Positions 55,559 to 64,000 of a stretch of 64,000 bases of DNA are shown here, piece after piece; the first letter of the stretch is position 1; every line of letters begins with the position of its first letter. The stretch spans positions 82,956,001 through 83,020,000 of the forward strand of contig OZ024742.1 in the NCBI GenBank assembly GCA_964016885.1, read 5' to 3'. The notes below the pieces were generated by a model. It made no database searches, was not told where the DNA came from, and worked only from the letters and a program-made list of their open reading frames with translations. The DNA comes from Eledone cirrhosa (lineage: Eukaryota). Made by a program: the position numbers and the translations under genes.

Positions 55559-55960
55559 TGTATGTGTGTGTGTGTGTTGGAAGAAGACTGGTGGGTAATA
55601 TATCCGGAGAAGTGAAGCATTCAATCCATGGGATGAGTTCGGTAGAAGTTGTTCCACAATAGGTAATTCATCGTTTCCAAGAACAACTTGTTTCATCTAA
55701 GGCCGATTATCGGCTCATTATATCATTTAATCCGAACTGATGATCCGTCTGAGACGAAACAAATTATTCTCGGAAAAATGGTGAATTAACTCTTGTGTAA
55801 ATACTTATATATATATATATATATATATTATTGCTTAATACGACATATAGTATATATAAGAAAAGAGTCAGGACCGCAACAGCTGAGCTCCGGTCGTTTC
55901 GACAGCCATTACCCACTCTACTACCCTAAGTATCGAGTAATCTGGTACGTTATATATATA

Positions 55961-56179
55961 TAGGAACGAGTAGGACCCCGACGCCTGAGCTCAAGCCGTT
56001 TCGACGGCTAATTCTGGAGTAAACAAATTTTTTTTTTTTTTTAGTCCAGAATTAGCCGTCGAAACGGCTTTAGCTCAGCCGTCAGTGTCCTACTCGTTCC
56101 TATTACCCACTCTACTACCCTAAGTATTGAGTACTTTGGTGCGTTATGGTCCATCTGGTTCCTTACCACATTTCCTTCG

Positions 56180-56181
<2 letters not shown>
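55961..56181. repeat. Foldback copy of the agccgtcgaaacggct family
   Basis: Arms 55961-56017 and 56045-56102 around a poly-T spacer, followed by the family 3' tail. Confidence 0.75.
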
Positions 56182-56230
<49 letters not shown>

Positions 56231-56735
56231 CAACCAATTTATAAAATATTATCATAATTAATAACTTCTTGTAGAATGTGTGATATACAATAACCCAGTC
56301 ACAAATTTCAATTAGACTTGTATGTTTGTTTAAAGAAATTATTCATATATGAACTATTATGTTAATGCGTTATGAGGGAAGTTAAAAATTGGCTCAGTAT
56401 GTGTGTTTATATGTGAAATGTATATGTATATGAACGTATATGTATGTTGTCCGCAATTGTATATTATGCATATGTATTTTGTCTGCGCATATTCTCTGGC
56501 TGATGTTCATATGTCTCGTAAGGTGTGTAGAATGTAAGTACTTTTCTTCCATTCAAACCTTGATTTATCTATTAAAATTATATAATTTACACACTAAATG
56601 TTTATCGACCATATATAATTTAATAGCATTATATTTCGAGATCACTTGCGCTATGCACACACGCACCTGCACACACACACATGCACATACACACACACAC
56701 ACATATATATATATGTATATGTATATATATCTATC

Positions 56736-56776
<41 letters not shown>

Positions 56777-57504
56777 ATTCGTTATACATGTGTATATAAA
56801 TATAAATACATGTTATATAGACACATACATATACGCCTGCATATATCCATTCATATAATCTTACATTATATATATATGTATGTACATATATATATAAATA
56901 TGTGTGTGTGTGTGTGTGTGTATGTGCGCACGTAAGTGCGTGCCTATTACTGTTTCTAAACATCTGTGCGTATGTACGAAATTAGTGCGTATGTACGAAA
57001 GAAGTGGTGGAGAGATATTTCAGTAACGGAATGCGAAATGGGCGGTGATAGATGGATATCGGAATTCTTTATTGCTCCTTTTAAAGACACATCAAAGTAG
57101 TTATGAGAAAAGCCAAGCGGAGATTAAGATAGTCATGAAAGAGAGAGCAAAAACCAATCAAATCTAACGCATCTTTTTCCAATTGTCCTGTAAGTAAGGT
57201 TCAATTAGTCTCTCGGAGCGCTTTCTTTGATTTTATCAGCTTGGTCTGACGTATTCGTTAGAAGCCACAGAAAAAGATTTAGTCAAGCATAGAAAGAATA
57301 AAAGCTAGTTGTAATCTGTAAAATCATTATTTCTCCTGACTTATCAGAAAATACAGTTAAGCAAGTTAAGAAAAGAAAAAGAAAAAAAATTTTTCCAACA
57401 ACACGAAATCATCACAGAGAAGAAAAAACCTGACGATTATATTGAAATTAATGGAAAGAAAACTTGGGAACTTTCCGTTAACACATTCATTACATAAAAT
57501 TTCA

Positions 57505-57567
<63 letters not shown>

Positions 57568-59778
57568 TCTCTTGCTCTCTCCATCTCTCTGTTTCTTTCT
57601 TTCTCGCTCTCTTCACTCTCACTATTTACACACGCACACACACACATACACACACATATATATATATATACGCTGACAGACTCACACTCACACACACATA
57701 CACACACACACATATATATATAGCCAGCTGATGCCTCTTTACATGAACGACACAGTCATTTTCCGTTTCTTTCATATATATGATTTCCAATGCTGAAAAG
57801 ATAATTTCACCTATAATCAATGGTATAAATGCCACATCTATCTTCGTACTTTATAGCAATTAAAAATGTGATTATAACGAATAACTGATTCTAACGAGGA
57901 TATTTTAAATTTTGTTATATACATATTTCCTCGTACTATTGTATCATATACATCTTTTTTTAAATTGACAACTATGTTTCACCACAACATAATCACAGTC
58001 CATGGTAAAAAGGTAAAAGAATAAATGTAAGATATAACCCCATTTTTTTTTCTTTATTTCTGAGGAGGAATCTCAGCACATATGTGATCTGTGGAATGAA
58101 TATGGTATCTTCAAAACAAAATTCTAGTCCTACGACAGTGTGGACTTTGCAGAAAGCACTAACCGGAATGCAAAAGGCTATTACTAAAGAACAGCAACGA
58201 TCCATCAGAGTGACTCCCACATATTTACCGTCCATTTACAATATATATCGTATATCAAGAGGAGTCAGCTAAACTCTCATAATTTGCATGTTTTTCTACA
58301 TATAATTAAAAGTCATTGGATATACATTGGCTTTATACAAAATAGTCGAATGGATCATATTTTTAGTAACTACGATTTTAAAATATTTATTTCTTTGTGA
58401 ATTTTACACCCGGAAATCTGTTGCTATATATAGCGTATGTTTATACAAACTAAAGATCATAATAATATATCAAGCTCATTTAATTGGTCGCATATATGTA
58501 TGTAGTGAAGTCCTTCGGTTTTCAAGTCTGTGTTTTCCGATTCGAAAATACATGTTGCACGCGTGAAAGGATACAGTAGAGATGATCGGCTCTAGGTTTA
58601 TCTCGACTTGATAGACGTGTATATAAATAAGTATAATTATGGTTCCAGGAAAAAAAAGGAAAAACTATGCAGGAAGAAGTGAACAGAAGGATAAATGTAT
58701 TGTGTGTACAATCTTTTACATATGTTTCAGTACAATTACGTAATGTTCTACATGTGCTGACTACATTATACAATGTTTATTCGTGTACATGTTATGTCTA
58801 TGATTGAACTTCATCTGAAAGAAGTTAATAGAGAGGAGGGGGTGAGTATTTCAAGTAGAGTGGATACAGAGAAACAGGATCCAATCTTATGCCAGACAGG
58901 CCGATATTTAGTGAAAATCTTTAATACCTTATCTTGGCAGTTAAATATTCTATCGTGTCGCGAGTTCAACAGATCTGATCCAGATATACTTTCGAACTCT
59001 TCTATCACACTAAGATTACAGGAGCGTCATTCATTTTGGTATGGGCGGGGTATCTTAACACTGAGCAAGAAAGTCCAGAATCCATATTCCGTTTTAAATC
59101 ACAGATTTGTTTGCTAGGGTAGTTGAATTACGGATTCTTGAATGAATAGGTGTATACGTGTCATCGTTTTTTTTTTTAAATTAGATGTGGAACACACATA
59201 TCTATATGTCCCGTGTTTGGTTTTGGCCACATATATATCTATATACATACATTTTCCTTCTAGATGTCAATGATTAGGTTGTTTAATTTTGCAATGTGTA
59301 TCTGCGAAATGTATGGGGTCATCATTTGTTTTTATCCTTTGGGGAGGTACTCGACATAGAGGCGGGTAGATTAGCACTTACATTGTACGATCCAACAAAA
59401 TGTTTAGCCGTATCCCTGCCCAAGGTGAAAGATTGGGAATATGGTCGGTTAGTTGTTTTGATAGTGGAGTTAGATACTTCGTCTTGTTTAAGTTGGTTGT
59501 TTCTGTCTAAATAATGGAGGTACTTATATTTAACATTGAAGCATCTAAGATTGTCCGTGTTATAGTAGGACAACCGGGCTGTTCTTCTATTCAAGATACT
59601 ATGATACCTGTATGCGAGAGGAAAACTTTCTTGTTATTGTATATATATATATATGTATAAATAAATTATATATGGACCCCGGGTTCAATTAGGGATAACT
59701 ACAGTTTTTTGGTACCCTTGAAATATATATAATAGATTAAAGATGATTTTATAAATATAGTTTCCATTTATTTAATAT

Positions 59779-59811
<33 letters not shown>

Positions 59812-59818
<7 letters not shown>

Positions 59819-60531
59819 AATGCGAAAACATGGCGTGCTGCGTGGTTGCAAATGGGTTACATATCAATAAATTTAGTCCTTCATCAGTGATCTTCCAGTC
59901 TTCATTGGTATTTCATCGCTTTAAAGACCATATACCTCTGGTTGGTGCGAGCAACGGCTAAAGAAAGTCATTGGGACACGTAAATAGGGGGAACGAGCGA
60001 GACAGTAAACAAACAAAGATGGTAATGCAACGAAAAGTGAGGAAGAAGGAGTCAGTCCCTGAAATCGATGAACATAAGTTCTGTGAAATCGTGGACGAGA
60101 GAGAATAAAGACCATCCAACCTGGTTGAAATGTGAGTAAGGAAAGAATTTCGCACAGGTCAAACGGGAGGAAGAGGAGTCAAGTCCTTGAAATCGATGAA
60201 CATAAGTTCTGTGAAATCGTAGACGAGAGAGAATAATGACCATCCGGCCTGGTCGAAGTGTGAGTGAGAAAGGAATCTCGCACAGGTCAAACGTGATGAA
60301 GTAGGGGAGGGAGTAGCAGAGAGTGAGTGAGTGAAAGTGTGAGGAAGAGGCTAACAAAGAGAGTGACTGGTAGAGGGGGTAAACAGAAATCAGAGATACA
60401 GAGAAAGGGGAAGCAGTAAGAAAGAAACAGACGGGTCACAGGAAATATATATGAAGAATATGAAAACATGGCGTGGTGCGTGGTTACAAATGGGTTACAT
60501 ATGAATAAATTTAGTCGTTCATCAGTGATCT

Positions 60532-60536
<5 letters not shown>
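59812..60536. repeat. Element with ~80-bp terminal direct repeats (period ~638) and an internal 129-bp duplication
   Basis: aaaacatggcgtg...ttcatcagtgatcttcca at 59825 and 60463; gaaatcgatgaacataagttctgtg at 60061 and 60190. Confidence 0.75.
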
Positions 60537-60610
<74 letters not shown>

Positions 60611-61450
60611 AGGTCACCAGTTGGTGCTACTGGTAACATGTATTCCAGTACAACCTGTCCCATGGTCGGGTCGTTGGCGACTAAACTGGCAACCCCACCA
60701 AGGTTTCTTGGTGAGGAGGGTGACTTTGGACATCCTGCAGGACTAAAAACAAAACCTGTCAAAAGGCAAAGGAGCTCTTAAGAGTCAATGGCCATCCAAA
60801 ATCACCGGGAGAGATCACCCCTTAGCCTTTGTCAAGGCAGAATTCTAGGAGAAGGAAAACTCTGATATAACACCTGCAACCCTGATGGTATCCAATGATG
60901 TTGACTTGTTCTTCTTTTTGGTAAATATCATCTTGGTTAAGAGAGTGGGACTGGCTTTGTGCAGTGCCTTTGCTCACTATAAAAGCTTCACGGCACAGGC
61001 ATTGCTTTATATCTGGAGATCTCTCTGCATTTGTCGTCACATGGTACCATGGGCCCAGCACTATGTGTCAATAATTGTCACAAGTGTAGTGTTTGTACCA
61101 GAGCTTTCAAGTCGCTGGCTGGACTAAAAAGTCACACTCGTTCAGCGCATCAGTAGGGGTTCTCCTACATGGATATAAAGTAGTGGCCGTACTCGAAAAC
61201 GAGTTGGCAGCCACCATATATATATATATATATAAATTTTAGTACAGCATTGACGAAGCTTTAGTATACGGCCAAGCTAGCGTATATGCATAATCGGTCT
61301 GTAGCTTTAGCACTCGGATGAGGTAAGACCCCAGAGTAATAACATTACGTTCAGACAGCTTAGCAATTCAGATATAGCGGTCGGCAGTCCAGCCGCATTA
61401 CGAGAGCAACGAAAATACAGGACCCAGGAAAAGATTTTATACTGACCCGG

Positions 61451-61538
<88 letters not shown>

Positions 61539-62045
61539 AGAAAATGATGGGAAGAGGCAGATTGAGAGAGTATCTGGAGGTAGCAGTAGGGTCATATCAG
61601 AAAAATGAGATGTATTTAGAAGGCAGAATATAGTTTGGTTTATGAAAAGAAAAACTATAATAGGGAAAAATATATCGACATTGTTTTACTTAATCTAACA
61701 ATAAACAATGTTTATTTACGACATTGAATAATGGTTTAGGATTACGGGTAAATAATACATACCATTAATTCTAAACCAAAGAATATTTATTCAGCGTTTG
61801 ATTGAGAAAACTGTTATGTGTTAATCAGCTGAAGCAAAACAAAACAAAACTGAATGGTTAAGTATAATTAACCATGTAGAATGTTCCTGCATTACAGTAT
61901 ATTTACTATGTTATATAGATATATAATTAACAATAAAGGATATATACGTCATAGATACGTAGTTATATAAACACACACACACATACGCATACATACACAC
62001 ACACATGCACACGCACGCACACACACACACACACATATATATATA

Positions 62046-62558
62046 TGTACAGCCACCGGAAATAACAGCTGTGAAATATACAGCGCCATCTACCTGTTAG
62101 CTAGCTACTTCAATGTGAAACAAAAGAACCCTTATAACCTACCAGAATAAGGACCTACCAGAATAAACGCCTACACATCGACTAAACAACAAAGGATTGT
62201 TCCTGTATAAATAGAGTGGTTCCTAACACTTCAGCAGTCGACTTTTGGCAGAGTCAGCTAGCGCATCGCTGTTCCTTTACTCTGCCACGCTTTGTCACTC
62301 ACATGCCTTGTATCTCGTATCGTCGCTTCATGTGAAAATAAATAGCCGATGGAATTTACATCTCGCCTTGCTTCGTCCTTTCAACTTGTGCTTTCGTCTG
62401 TCCATCCTCAACAGTTCTTTTAAGGGCTATATGTGACAACAGTCCTTTTAAGGGCTATCTTCATATCTGATCAGACCGTGTGCGATAACAGTCCTTCTAA
62501 GGACTATTCTCGGATCTGATTAGAAGTAGTGACTAGACTGACTAACCACGTCGCTACA
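62046..62558 (+). mobile_element. 5' LTR of a Gypsy (CsRn1-clade) retrotransposon
   Basis: TGTA...TACA ends, tataaata box at ~62206, immediately followed by a PBS. The 5' boundary is inferred because the 3' LTR is outside the window. Confidence 0.75.
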
Positions 62559-62560
62559 AT

Positions 62561-62578
62561 TGGTGACCCTGACGTGAT
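62561..62578 (+). promoter_or_regulatory. Primer binding site complementary to tRNA-Trp
   Basis: TGGTGACCCTGACGTGAT versus the tRNA-Trp 3' end ATCACGTCGGGGTCACCA (one G-T pair). Confidence 0.85.
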
Positions 62579-62624
62579 GTCGAACGCGCAACCAGACAGC
62601 ACCTAAGAAAATATCAACATAGAT

Positions 62625-64000
62625 ATGTCACAAACGACAGAGGCCGAGATTTCAGAGCTGCGGGCTATGATCAGAGAGCGAGCTGGTCAAATTAAAGCCC
62701 TCTCGAATCAAGTAGAGAACTTGACCTTTCAAACACACCGGCGACGCAGCAACAATCGATCCAGGCCTTTTCACAGTCGAAGATCCAGTAGTCCCAGTCA
62801 AAATCGTGTGCCTGGCAACCTCTGCTGGTATCACACAAATTTTGGCGCACAGGCATCTAAGTGCAAAGCCCCGTGCTCTTTCCGGAATGCCATCCAGGGC
62901 CTAGCGACGACGTTCACCCCTAACACTGAAAAGAAAAGTCGTCTATTTTTTATTAACGACCAGGAGACAGGCATTCGTTACCTCGTGGATACAAGAGCTC
63001 AGGTTAGTGTTATTCCAGTTTCACTAATCTCGGGCAAAAGACACCCAACCCCGTCCTTTCTGCAGGCAGTGAAACAATCGTCAATTCCGACTTTCGGGGA
63101 GAAGTCTTTGACCCTCAATTTAGGCCTGAGGCGGCGTTTTCAATGGGTGTTCGTCGTGGCAGACCTGTCAACCCCAATCCTAGGAGCGAGATTTTCTCCA
63201 CCACTTCAACCGTCTGGTGGATATGAAGAACCGGAGGCTCATTGACACCACCACAAATCTCACTGTGAGAGGTATATTTACGACGCAATCCACAGTGAGC
63301 GCTGTAATGTGCCAGTCAGAGCCTTCGCGGTACAACGGCATTCTCCAGAAATACCCAGACATCACTAGCCCGGTATTTAAGGATGGTCCCATGAAGCATA
63401 GTGTCACGCACCACATCGAGACAAAGGGACCACCCACAGCTGCCCGACCAAGGAGACTGCCTCCAGACCGATTGAGAATCGCCAAGCAGGAGTTCCAACA
63501 CATGCTAGACCTCGGAATCATTCGCCCTTCCTCCAGCAACTGGTCTGCACCCCTACACCTTGTTCCAAAAAAAATCGAGAATGATTGGCAACCCCAGCAA
63601 GTGCCTTCTCGGCGTTCCTTCACTGTCCTTTCTCGGGCACATCATCGATAAAGACGACATTCGTCCACCTCCCGAGAAAGTAGAAGCTATCTGCAGTTTT
63701 CCCGCACCTACATCACTTCGGAAACTGCGTGAATTCCTCGGTCTGGTGAATTTTTATAGGCGGTTCATCCCTCATTGTTCCGACGCAGCCAGACTCCTCA
63801 CGGACCTTCTTCGTAACCGGACTCGCAAAAACGAAGAGATCACTCTAGACGAGGAAGAATTAACATCTTTTAACCGCCTAAAGGAAATGTTGGCAAACGC
63901 TTCCATGCTCGTTTTCCCCAGGACTGGCGCTCCTCTTTCCCTGCTAGTGGACGCATCAGACACGGGGGTTGGAGGCGTTCTACAACAACATGTCGACGGC
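62625..64000 (+). pseudogene. Gypsy gag-pol remnant: CHCC gag knuckle, protease, RT with core deletion, start of RNase H
   Basis: CWYHTNFGAQASKCKAPC (C-X2-H-X9-C-X3-C), LVDTRAQVS, GIIRPSSSNWSAPLHLVPKK; from 63590 NPSKC..FLGH, FLGLVNFYRRFIP, LLVDASDTGVGGVLQQ. Confidence 0.92.

Noticed and set aside
57993-59594. Cluster of 60-114-aa ORFs in non-repetitive sequence
   Set aside because: No motif recognised on either strand and the lengths are compatible with chance.
59870-59895. Minus-strand CTGATGA in the terminal direct repeats
   Set aside because: No stem II or GAAA could be placed in either copy.
61246-61290. TTGACGA-AGCTT...AAGCT hammerhead-like start
   Set aside because: GAAA is missing.

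Overview
AT-rich animal genomic DNA saturated with (TA)n, (CA)n and (GA)n microsatellites and transposon remnants. The SINE and LINE families look like those of octopus or another cephalopod (inference). I found no convincing host-gene exon, tRNA, rRNA or CRISPR array. Recognisable elements: two Penelope-like (GIY-YIG) 3' ends, a near full-length RTE LINE (42.07-45.32 kb) with two truncated siblings, other RTE fragments, R4/Dong-type restriction-endonuclease LINE remnants, a tandem Helentron/DINE-like element, SINEs, and a CsRn1-clade Gypsy element (LTR, tRNA-Trp PBS, CHCC gag, PR, deleted RT). The main signal is non-coding: at least six families of repeats, each carrying a type I hammerhead ribozyme (HHR) motif. 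Four have measurable unit lengths of 428, 468, 487 and 504 bp. They are arranged as tandem arrays and/or head-to-head inversions and sit in (TA)n tracts. The best example is a 468-bp x ~4.8 array plus an inverted arm, holding six identical minimal HHRs (22.47-25.05 kb). This fits retrozyme or Penelope-pLTR-like RNA-mediated elements. All ribozyme calls come from manual base-pairing; activity is untested.
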